Source of the DNA: Antedon mediterranea
Lineage: Eukaryota > Animalia > Echinodermata
NCBI RefSeq assembly: GCF_964355755.1
Contig: NC_092677.1
Span: 25,531,175 to 25,595,174 of the forward strand
Direction: 5' to 3'
Length of the DNA stretch: 64,000 nt
Numbering within the stretch: position 1 is the stretch's first letter; each line of letters begins with the position of its first letter. A program made the translations under genes and the position numbers. Shown piece after piece: positions 50,801 through 62,112 of the stretch. The notes below the pieces were generated by a model. It searched no databases. It was not told the DNA's origin and saw only the letters and a list, made by a program, of their open reading frames with translations.

Positions 50801-52235
50801 CTTGGTTCTCACTAGGACGCAACGCAAGGACGTAGACACAGTTGACCAATGACAAGCTACAGTTCGAATAATTCATCGCTTGTGATTGGTCAAATCCATT
50901 ACGTTGCGTTACTTCGCTGTGTTGCTTCTCTAGTAGGAACCACGCATTGACCAGGCACAAGTGATGGATTATTCAAAGTGTCGCTTGTCATTGGTCAACT
51001 CGCTTGCGTTGCGTTTAAGCGTGGTTCCCACTAGCGACGCAACACAAGGACGTGACGTAACGCAACGCAAGTGAATTGACCAATCACAAGCGATGGCTTA
51101 TTCGCTTGTGATTGCTAACTGTCTATAACTTCGCTTGTCATTGGTTAAAACGCTTGCGTTGCGTTTACGTCCTTGCGTTACGTTCTAGTGGGAACCAAGC
51201 TTTACGGTGCGTCCTAGTCAGAACTTAAATAACTTAGCACTGCCTTTCCTGTAGGCCTACCTCTACATAATTAATGCTTGAACAGCTAACAGATCGTTGA
51301 ATGAATTCAGAGAGAGAATTTTGCGCTAAAGCTTGGTTCCCACTAGAACGTAACGCAAGGACGTAAACGCAACGCAAGCGTTTTAACCAATGACAAGCGA
51401 AGTTATAGACAGTTGGCAATCAAAACCGAATAAGCCATCGCTTGTGATTGGTAAATTCACTTGCGTTGCGTTACGTCCTTGCATTACGTCCTTGCGTTGC
51501 GTCGCTAGTGGGAACCACGCTTACCTTAGCACTTCCTTTCCTGTACCTCTATCTACATAATATTTAATGCACTAACAGATCGTTCTTCATGAATGAATTC
51601 ATAAATGAACATTAAACCGGATGAATTCTAATCCAATTAAAATGCCTTGATATTGTGGGTATCGTCCGGTCGACACGACTGTACTTACAAAACTTGTTTG
51701 TACTTAGCTCGTTATGTTAATGATTGCATTATATGTTTATGAGATGTGATTTGTTTCGTAAATGATACGTAGGCCTATGCCTCATTGTATAGTAGAATTT
51801 ATAGAGAGATCATAGATATTAGGCCTATAGTTCATTACAATATCTCTATAGTGAGATAACTCAGTTTTTGGAATTAATCATGACACCCATAATATACTTC
51901 AATATTTGTACCAATGCCCTTTTAATTATTTGAAAACCGCCGTAACTAACCGCCTAGGTCTATGCTCGTGATTAATGCATCGAGGAAAATGCAAAATAAC
52001 CAGAACATTTTGAAACAACTAACATTGCAAGGTAGATGCAAACATCCTGTATGAGCCGATGTTGTATAGCTACAGCTATAACAATAATTTTGACGGCATA
52101 TTAGAGCTAATCAAATAATGTTGACGGATTGTCCAACGGACTATGGGTGACTCTCCTCGTATCACTATGCTCTAAGACTATACTATAATCATATGTTTGA
52201 TTCACAGACACATATTTATATAAGTAAATACTCAC

Positions 52236-52348
52236 TTATTGCAGTCTCAGCTTGTTAGCTCCGATGTGTTCTCTGCCTGCTGGTTGTAAAGCCTCTGCTT
52301 CCGTATAATACAGTACGGTATTGATTATAATGACCTGCTGTGACGTCA
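52236..52348 (-). promoter_or_regulatory. Candidate TPPP promoter and non-coding first exon
   Basis: Full CRE palindrome TGACGTCA at 52341-52348, TATA-like TATTATA at 52310-52304, donor AA|GTGAGT at 52235, and a matching acceptor before 47908. Confidence 0.45.
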
Positions 52349-52752
52349 TTGAGTCGCGTCTTTTCTTCGGCGTTGCCCCATCCTTATCTCCATGTTCCAT
52401 TGATTTTATTATTTACTAAAGTACTTCAAATGATTGTTACGATGAATTCTTCAACAAAAGTTTACAGGGTCATATTGTAGATAACCTTTAATGAGTAGTG
52501 ATAGAGACGTAGTGTAAACTGCGGGCCTTTACGTTGCTTCATATTTAACTAACGTACAGTAGGCCTATAATATAGGCCTCCATTTAAAGTTAAAATTTTT
52601 TTACTTGCCGTGTGATTTTACAAAGCATCACGAAAAAGAAATATAAGTTAATAGAGTTTAATATTTGGCACCACATATACAAATTCTGATAAAAAAAAAT
52701 TGATCACTGAAAATTATTTCTGGCAGTGAATAAAAGTGCTTTTACATATTTT

Positions 52753-53265
52753 GCTTGGTTCCCACTAGAGACCTAACGCAAGGACGTATACGCAATGCAA
52801 GCGAATTGACCAATGACAATCGACAGTTCGAATAATCCATCGTTTATGATTGGTCAAATAACTTAAGCTTGGTTCTCACTAGGACGAACGCAAGGGCAAC
52901 GTAAGTGATTTAACCAATCACAAGCGATAGATTATTCGAACTCTCGCTTGTCATTGATCAACTCGCTTGCGTTGCGTCCAAGCTTGAAGCGTGGTTCCCA
53001 CTAGCGACGCAACGCAAGGACGTAACGCAACGCAAGTGAATTGACCAATCACAAGCGATGGCTTATTCGCTTGTGATTGCTAACTGTCTATAACTTCGCT
53101 TTTCATTGGTTAAAACGCTTGCGTTGCGTTTACGTCCTTGCGTTACGTTCTAGTGGGAACCAAGCTTTACGCTGCGCTTACGTCCTTGCATTGCGTCCTA
53201 GTGGGAACAAAGCTTTACGCTGCGCTTACGTCCTTGTGTTGCGTCTCTAGTGGGAACCAAGCTTT
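52753..53265. repeat. Nested cluster of family-B MITEs
   Basis: Three left ends are followed by three stacked right ends (CTAGTGGGAACCAAGCTTTA). Confidence 0.8.
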
Positions 53266-53535
53266 ACAATCGGACAGCATCAGTAGCAATTCACATATAA
53301 ATAGAACTAATAAATACACTTCATTGAAATCTAAGGTATGAGGTAGTACACAGCCCTGAATTCACATTACAAAACTATAACGTATTGAACCAGAAAAAAA
53401 CATACGTAATAAATCTAGTAATGTCCTTGACATTTCATACCAAAAACCATTCGTTTATACTCGATATGATTACTATGACATTACGGCTATGATGGCATAA
53501 ACATGAAACAAGGACACTTATTATGTTATTATGCA

Positions 53536-53992
53536 CCGTATTTATTCGAATATTTATTCATTGTTTATGTTTTATTTATTTTTATATTGTTCTGGATGGG
53601 GGGGGGGGGGGCGTTTATTCAAGGGAAGAGGAGGGGTGTTTATATTAAAGGGGGACCGGTTATATTTAAGGGGGGGCGTTTATATTCAAGGGGGGCGTTT
53701 ATATTCAAGGGAGGCGTTTATTAAAAAAAAAGGGGAGGCGTTTATTCAAAGGGGGGGGGGGGGGCGTTTATTCAAAGGGGGGGGGAGGGGAGGCGTTTAT
53801 TCAAAGGGGGAGGGGCGTTTATTCAAAGGGGTTATTCAAAAAAGGGGGTTATTCAAAAAAAAAGGGGGCGTTTATTTGAGGAGACGTTTATTTGAGGAGG
53901 CGTTTATTCAAAGTGAGGCGTTTATTCAAAGCGAGGCGTTTATTCAAAGCGAGGCGTTTATTCGAGGGAGGCGTTTATTCGAATAAATACGG
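53536..53992. mobile_element. CCGTA-ended MITE with expanded GGCGTTTATTCAA subrepeats
   Basis: CCGTATTTATTCGAATA / TATTCGAATAAATACGG TIRs and a G-rich internal tandem array. Confidence 0.75.
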
Positions 53993-54750
53993 TATTTCTT
54001 TTTTTTGCAAAAAGTATCTTTTGTTTGTTGGAAATAAAGTATTACATACAGACTCCGATCCTGTCGAGGAATCTAACTTCGTAGATTCACCATATTAGAG
54101 ATAACTGACATATTAAATATTAAGCTCTGTCTACACTATCAAACTAGCTTGACAAAAAAGGTGTGATGTGCCCACATATGGTAGTGATATGACCAAATAT
54201 GGTAGTGATCATCATGTCCATATATGGGCACATCACATTTTTTTGTCACATAAAGTTTGATATTGTAGAGCTTTACTTTTTCAATTTCATTTTTATATAT
54301 CTATTTAAAAAAAATATTGTTCTATTACATTGATTAGAAATCTAAAATCTACATTATCATATAGGCCTATATTAATTATTTATTTTAAACTCTCACAAAA
54401 ATTATTTCTATATTACAGTATAAACTAGGTAAATTTGATCTGTGAAAAAGTGAAAAAAACTAAATTGATCGCTATTTGAAGTCTTAAATTTAATAGCACA
54501 GCAATCTATAAACTGTTCCCACTTCTTCTTAAGCTCTCTACACTATCAAACTTTATGTGACAAAAGAAATGTGATGTGCCCATATATGGACATGATGATG
54601 CTTAGATTAGGCCTATGCACATCACACTTTTTTTGTCGAACTAGTTTGATAGTGCAGACAGAGCTTTATACCACCATGGCTCATGTCTGAGACTGTAATA
54701 GTGTAAATAGTGTAAATGTTTATGCTAATCTGGCACTGGGCTATCGACTT

Positions 54751-57700
54751 TCATACTGGCATAAAACTATCTACCAAACCAGATACGCGTTTTTTCGTTT
54801 CCACTGGCATGTCTAAAGGTTCACGTGATGACATCATTTTCTGAAATAGACCATATTGCATCATCCATTGCATGATGGATGTCTGTAACCAATTTAGAAA
54901 ACGATCAGATCTAAAAATAAAATTTAAAAAAAACCCAAATTTTATTTACAAATACAGATATATTCACCACCATAAAATAATATATACATATATATTATAA
55001 TAGATTCATTTGGATCCAAATATTATAGAAGGGAATTTTAATTTTGTTGTTGTTGTTGATCCAATAGATAGAAAGTACCATTTTTAGTACTTTCTTTTCA
55101 AAGATACAGATAAATTCACCACCATAAAATGAAATAATAACAATGATTTCTTTACGGTAAGATAATCTAATACGAGACTTACGCAAGTGTGAAATCAAAA
55201 AGAAATCGATTCCATCTAGCTTGTATGTTTTCTTTGATGCCGCGGTGTTCCAAATTCTTCACTGTACCACCAATAGCACTAACAAAAGAAAAACACATTT
55301 ATAATCTTTCATTTTTCTTTCAGAAATGACAACTGATTTCAACATTTTTTATTGTTGCCAACATGAAGTCTTATTTGGATGGTAAGCACCATTTTTTTGT
55401 TTAGTAGTAGCATAGAGTAAACACTGTGGCCATATATTTACCAATAAGGTTTATCGCAAATAGCGAGCGACGCATAGTGGGAAGGATTTGGGAGCAAACG
55501 TCACAATGCGTACATACATGATTTGTTGTTTGTTTGTTTGTACATAAGCATTGTACCGTTTTTTCTCCCAAACCTTCCCATATTGCATTGTGCGATGTTC
55601 CTCGTGAAATCAAGCTATTTGCGATAAACCTTATCCCACTTAGGCTAAGGGAAACAGACTTAAAAATATACTATCTAAGTGTTCTTGAGGGCCTCTTTAA
55701 GTCAGCTGTACTGCTGTAGTACCCTTGTAAAACCAAGTTGAACAAATAATAAATACATATATATATATATATATATAAACACAAGAGGCAAAGAACATTA
55801 ATTTTAAACCGCCCGGTGATATACTGAAATTTAATTAATTAATTTGAAACAATAAAGATGAGGAAATCTGTGAGAATGAGAAAAAGTCGCCCCAACCGAG
55901 GCTCGAACTCGGACCGCCTGCTTGATATGCAGATGTCCTAACCATTAGACCACTGGGGCTTTCATGGTATTGTTCGAACTCGATTGGATAACGACTCTTT
56001 AACATTCTCGGCGTGGTACGGCGGAACAGCACTAGTCCTCAGTTGTACGCACGCGCAACAGAGATCAAATTGATACGCCCTCATCTTTCAGTATTTTTAT
56101 TCACGAGGCGGGATCTCCGAAGAGATACTTTTATATATATAAACACAAGAGGCAAAGAACATTATATATATATATATTTCACAATGTGATTGGTGCATCC
56201 TGACCCAGTTGACTGGCATTGTGGGCCAGTGAGACAGAAACCAGAAATTAGTATAATTTTACTAACCATCTAGCCATCAGTGTAATATAGTTTGCCGGTG
56301 ATCCTAGGGTACGATGAATCGCGCGTACCGTGTTCATATTGCGAAAAACTAAAAACAGCGATTTCGGCATGCTATGCAATAGTTGATTGGCTCTTTCGAT
56401 GAAGTCTTCTTTTTTCATAGAAGAACCCATCTGCTCAAACTCTGACCTCAACTGACGTAGCTGTGTTGGGGTCATTATAAAGGTCATGTGCATGCCTCGT
56501 TTGGCTTGTAAGTTCAAAGGTCGCTGCATTATCATCATCGCAAATAATTTGTATTCTGTTAAAACAAAAATCATTACAGCATCTTTAAATAATGTGTCTC
56601 ATTTTATCAGAATCACTCCATGAATCTGAGTTTTTAAAATTCAATATTATTTTATAAAAAAATTACCTCTGACTCCTAAAACGGATGCATATTTCTTCAT
56701 CCCTTCAACATCTTTCATAATAATTGAGGTCCAGTAATTACTAAATGCCACACGAATTCTGTAAAAATTAAATATTTTTACAGTAACTATCATAGCAACT
56801 GATTGGTTGTTTTATGATTATTTAAACTCTAAAGATATGTTTTTTAAAAATTTATTTCATATGCATCCAACAGCGAGTAACTCGCCAATTACAGGATGGA
56901 TGAACTATTTAATAATTTATCATGCTTATAAACTAAGTCTCATTTGAGGCTTAGGGAGTGGAGTTGAAAGAGTCGTGAGTTACAACCCTAGCACCAGGTC
57001 AGGATTGAACCGTGGACTTTGGGATTGGAAGGCAAGCATGTTAACAACCAGGCTACAGCTCCACTGATAAATTAAGTTACAGTATGTATGCAGCATTCTG
57101 CTTACTCTGGTGAAAGTTCTTCATACAGACCGTGATCAAGAAGTACAAGTTCTGCTTTACCATTGCTCCCTTTACGTACAAACACTGCAAGAAAGTATAT
57201 TTAATGGTTGCATATTTAAGTAACAATTACTGCTTTCATGTGGTTAACCAGTTGCAACCAACACCATGATGCTGTATGTTCACAACTCTCATCAATGCTA
57301 CCACCAACCAATAACACTACCACAAACCATCACCACGACAGCCACCATCATGTAGTGTCTGAATTTCGTGTTAAAAATCTGTTGGAAGGTCTCCAATTAT
57401 AACCATTTTATTTACCATTTCCAGGGTGCGGATCCGCATGAACGAATCCAGTGTGGAATATCTGCTCTGCAAACACTTTGATTAACTTATTACCAACCTA
57501 ATACAGAAAGAAAATTGTAAAATATCCATTATACTGATATTAATCTTCTCTACAGAAATATATGCCTTTAGGTATATAAAACATCTAGTGAAATATACTG
57601 TAGGTCTACATCTTTGGTACTTACATCAGCCAATGACAGACCCATATCCTGAATACCATCTACATTGGTGACTTTACACGCATGGATATATTCCATGGTG

Positions 57701-60700
57701 AGAACACGCTGTCAAAAAACAAACAAAAAATGTTTGGTGTACCGATTTAATTCTTTTACAAAGTGGAATTAAATGATCTGAATGTACATATATCAGTATG
57801 TCAGTATGTCCTTGTTTCAAATACCTTGGATGTTCTATTCCAGAATACCTTTGGCACGTACACATATGGAACACTCTTCAGGCCTCTCGCACACCTCTCG
57901 GCATTTCTTCCTTCATTTTCAAAATCTAGTTCTCTTGATAGAGGGCCTCTTTCTGCCTGAAAACAAAACAGAGATAACAACTCTAAAGTAACACTGCGTT
58001 TGTGTATCTGGTTTAAATTTATTTTATTTCAGAAGGCCATTTATACTTTCTCTGTCTAGACCATTACATTTCTAAAGCTTTGTTTACACTATCAAACTTT
58101 ATGTGACAAAAAATTGGGATGTGCCCATATATGGACATAATGATGTCATATCACTACCATATTTGAGCACATCACATTTCTTTGTTAAACTAGTTTGATA
58201 GTGTAGACAGAGCTTTGCAGATTACACCATCAGAAGGTTAAAATGAACCACTTTCTTGAACACGACCACTTACTTTAAGGATTTCCTTAAAGTTGTAGTG
58301 TGCCGGAAACAGCCAATGGACGACATCTAATAGGATCTCCATTGTTTTTAGATCACCACTGTACTGATCCCGAAGGTTTATATACTGAATCTGAAAGAGA
58401 CATCACAAAATAAAATTATCGATATTACTCCATGCATAAATTATAAGGCGAGGTGACCCAGACAGTTTGCGCTGGTCAAACACTTATTTGATTTATTCGA
58501 CATAAGCAGTCAAGGGGTTTTAGGTCAGCAATAGAGCACCATATAGAACATTAGTGTTGTAACACCGGTAACTACTTTGTAGACTTTGGCATTGAGGAAC
58601 TGCAGTTTTATGGTTCGCAATGTGCGATTTTTACCAGCTAAGTGGCTTTACCTTAACAGCAACCTCTTCACCCTCATGTGTGACAGCTTTGTGAACTTGT
58701 GCGAGGCTTGCTGCAGCAATTGGCTCCGTTTCAAATTCTTTAAAAAGAGCATCAGGTTTTCTTCCAAAATCTTCAAAAAACAGACTATCAATCTATACAA
58801 AGAACAACAATTAATTGATAAATAGTATCAATGCAATAGTGAAGTTGAATAGTGTCAATGCAATAGTGAAGTTGAATAGTGTCAATGCAATAGTGAAGTT
58901 GAATAGTGTCAATGCAATAGTGAAGTTGAATAGTGTCAATGCAATAGTGAAGTTGAATAGTGTCAATGCAATAGTGAAGTTGAATAGTGTCAATGCAATA
59001 GTGAAGTTGAATAGTGTCAATGCAATAGTGAAGTTGAATAGTGTCAATGCAATAGTGAAGTTGAATAGTGTCAATGCAATAGTGAAGTTGAATAGTATCA
59101 ATGCAATAGTGAAGTTGAATAGTGTCAATGCAATAGTGAAGTTGAATAGTGTCAATGCAATAGTGAAGTTGAATAGTGTCAATGCAATAGTGAAGTTGAA
59201 TAGTGTCAATGCAATAGTGAAGTTGAATAGTGTCAATGCAATAGTGAAGTTGAATAGTGTCAATGCAATAGTGAAGTTGAATAGTGTCAATGCAATAGTG
59301 AAGTTGAATAGTATCAATGCAATAGTGAAGTTGAATAGTGTCAATGCAATAGTGAAGTTGAATAGTGTCAATGCAATTGTGAAGTTGAATAGTGTCAATG
59401 CAATTGTGAAGTTGAATAGTATCAATGCAATTGTGAAGTTGAATAGTGTCAATGCAATAGTGAAGTTGAATAGTGTCAATGCAATAGTGAAGTTGAATAG
59501 TGTCAATGCAATAGTGAAGTTGAATAGTATCAATGCAATAGTAAAGTTGAATAGTATCTATTTATTTATTTATTACCATATTTACTGAGGGTAGCCTATC
59601 CAGTTCCTAATAGAACTGATCATTCAGGGCCCTCAATAAAACAAACATACAGTACAACACATAAAATATTAAATATTCAAATGACATAAAATATATTAAA
59701 GGCTTAAAAATTTACAATGATTATATAAAATTCATATAAAAGTTAAAATCGTTGACAAAAAAAAAAATATATATATATATACATAGTACGAACAATATTA
59801 ACTGGAAATAAATTGTTTAAGTTTACGTTTAAAGGAAATAACATTTCAATGCAATAGTAAAGTTGAATAGTATCAATGCAATAGTAAAGTTGAATAGTAT
59901 CAATGCAATAGTAAAGTTGAATAGTATCAATGCAATAGTAAAGTTGAATAGTATCAATGCAATAGTAAAGTTGAATAGTATCAATGCAATAGTAAAGTTG
60001 AATAGTATCAATGCAATAGTAAAGTTGAATAGTATCAATGCAATAGTAAAGTTGAATAGCATCAATGCAATAGTAAAGTTGAATAGTATCAATGCAACAG
60101 TAAAGTTGAATAGTATCAATGTAATAGTAAAGTTGAATAGTGTCAATGCAATAGTAAAGTTGAATAGTGTCAATGCAATAGTAAAGTTGAATAGTATCAA
60201 TGCAATAGTAAAGTTGAATAGTATCAATGCAATAGTACTGTAAAGTCTAATAGTATTAATTCACTTACTTCTTTATTTTTCCTTTCTAATGCTCGATCCT
60301 GTAACACAACTAATTTCGCTATCATCTCTTTTGGAAGAACATGGTTAATTGTACCTAGAATTTGTCCAAACTTAATGTACAGACCGCCGTTTGTAAGACA
60401 CACCCGTAAAATGCGATCTGCTGTACGTTCATTTATTTTCTTTAGTTGTATCTGGTATTCTTCCGTTGTGGAATCTTCAAATCCAGAAAGATTTAGCTTG
60501 TAGTCTAAACCAATAAATAGCCCATTGTAAAATGTTCTGAAGAGATAAAAAAAACTTTGTCGATAAGGAGAATGATCATCATTTAGGATGGCAAGTTCTG
60601 CAGATAAAGTTAACACAAGAAATCTTTACCTTATAAAACGTATCAGCCCCTCAAACGTCACTCGGGTTTTTCGCTTGTTAACATCGCTCATCAACACATA

Positions 60701-60883
60701 TGTGCCAAAACCGCCAGTTGGCACGGCAACCATCATACCTAACGCCATTCTCTTTAACTTCCCTGCCTTTGGTTTTAATACATCTGTCGGCTTTGCTGAT
60801 TTTTGTTTACTAAAAGTTCTAAAAATGTTTGAGTTTTGTGACATCCTGGGCATCCTGATTGTTAGTATTCGGAGGGCGTACAT
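54751..60883 (-). CDS. ADCK5: aarF/ABC1 atypical kinase, ADCK5-like, 12 coding exons
   Basis: Exons 60883-60630, 60536-60269 ([13 protein letters not shown]), 58792-58652 ([15 protein letters not shown]), 58390-58274, 57956-57825 ([10 protein letters not shown]), 57708-57625, 57497-57416 ([10 protein letters not shown]), 57184-57106 (LLDHGLY), 56758-56667, 56555-56267, 55278-55183 and 54910-54751. Assignment to ADCK5 rather than ADCK1 is from recalled motifs. Confidence 0.85.
55777..56164. mobile_element. Unclassified (TA)n-embedded element with 24-bp terminal direct repeats, carrying the tRNA
   Basis: AAACACAAGAGGCAAAGAACATTA occurs at 55777-55800 and 56141-56164, with TA tracts on both sides. 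Imperfect subterminal inverted repeats and a terminal hairpin ATCTC-CGAA-GAGAT are present. Confidence 0.65.
55888..55959 (-). tRNA. tRNA-like gene with intact cloverleaf, anticodon ATC (Asp-like), inside a repeat element
   Basis: GCCCCAG TG GTCT AATGGTTA GGAC A TCTGC ATATCAA GCAGG CGGT CCGAG TTCGAGC CTCGG TTGGGGC G. It is 72 nt, all four stems pair (some via G-U), A and B boxes are present, the discriminator is G, and a TTTTT terminator follows 2 nt downstream. Confidence 0.65.
58820..60237. repeat. 27-bp minisatellite (AATAGTGTCAATGCAATAGTGAAGTTG) in two blocks, in an ADCK5 intron
   Basis: About 27 units at 58820-59557 and about 14 units at 59846-60237, separated by a non-repetitive insert. 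Confidence 0.95.
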
Positions 60884-62112
60884 TATGATGAGCACCGTTA
60901 AATTAGCAACACTGTTTCCTTTATTATCATGAATGCTTATTCTTATTCTTTCTGATTTAATTGCAACAAAACAACAACTTCAAGTGAAATCTGAAAAAGG
61001 GGTAAGAAACGCAATTTATAAGTTACTATAAATAGAATACACATAATAAATAATAATGTACTAATTCTAGGCTTTATCCATTGCATCATGCTATAGGCCT
61101 AGATAAACATACATAGGATCACTTCCTCTCGAACCAGAATCCGATATTGCGCACCTTTAATGGCTCTTCCTGCTAGATCTAATTTGACAGACACGATGAA
61201 GCATGGCCTAGACAGAGCTTAGTTTAAAGAGTGACAGTTTTTACCATATTAAATCGATTCCAAATTGGCTTTAGGCTTATTCAATAGCAAGGATTGTTTC
61301 AACTCAACAAAATCTGAGTTTCAACGTACAAAATTCAAAGTTAATTTGCAGTTCTGGGCCTCTAAATGCCTACTTACGTAATAAAAATAAATAAATATTT
61401 GTGTTGTTTACTCATGTGTATGAAATTAGTCATAAATGAAATAAAGTTTGCGGACTGACTCGATCAATATATGATTAACAATATAGTTTGAACAGGGAAG
61501 GCAGAGAAAAGAGATAACATGTGCGTGACAATCCATGCGTGACAATCTACATGTTTCGCAAACGATGCAGTTAAATTCTGATTTATGTAACTTTTAGCTT
61601 TATATATTGCATTTTTATATCTAATTAGAGTATATTATATAAATAAAATGTTAGGTGTTATGAATAGGCTAGGTTTAATTAATCATAATTGTGTATTTTA
61701 TCATTGCAAAAATGTGTAGGCCTAGCTATAGGCCCTAGCTTGACTTCTTAAATGTATACTGCTGGTTGTTGTGGCCATGATGAAGAATGATTTGCGTTGA
61801 CAGGAAGTGATCCTACCAATTGCAATCCATTGCAATAGTTTAGTTTAGTTTAGTTATAATGGGAAAGTTTAGGCGATGCCTTTTTAACCCCATATCAACT
61901 ACATTGATGCCATACATAACATTCTCTTTGAACTTATGGGATCCCAACTTAAAAAAGTATAATTTGATGATTTTTTTTTTCCAACTTGTTCAGGTTTTAT
62001 ATGGACAGTACATATAATTATGTAATTTCTTTTTTACAATTGCAGATTTTGATTGGGATACAATACAAAATAGATTGGCGGTTATTGAGAAATCAAAATA
62101 ATTGTAAAACGA

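Noticed and set aside
53503-54098. Gly/Arg-rich ORFs
   Set aside because: They come from internal repeats of a CCGTA-ended MITE.
55777-56164. Hammerhead ribozyme (retrozyme) in the TA-embedded element
   Set aside because: No CUGANGA...GAAA core with pairing stems was found by eye on either strand.
56985-57062. tRNA-like sequence on the minus strand
   Set aside because: The stems are degenerate, so it is treated as a decayed SINE head and not a tRNA gene.
58811-60243. ORFs of (LFNFTIALT)n or (NAIVKLNSV)n, and a CRISPR-like appearance
   Set aside because: This is a stop-free 27-bp tandem repeat in an intron, with no unique spacers and no cas genes.
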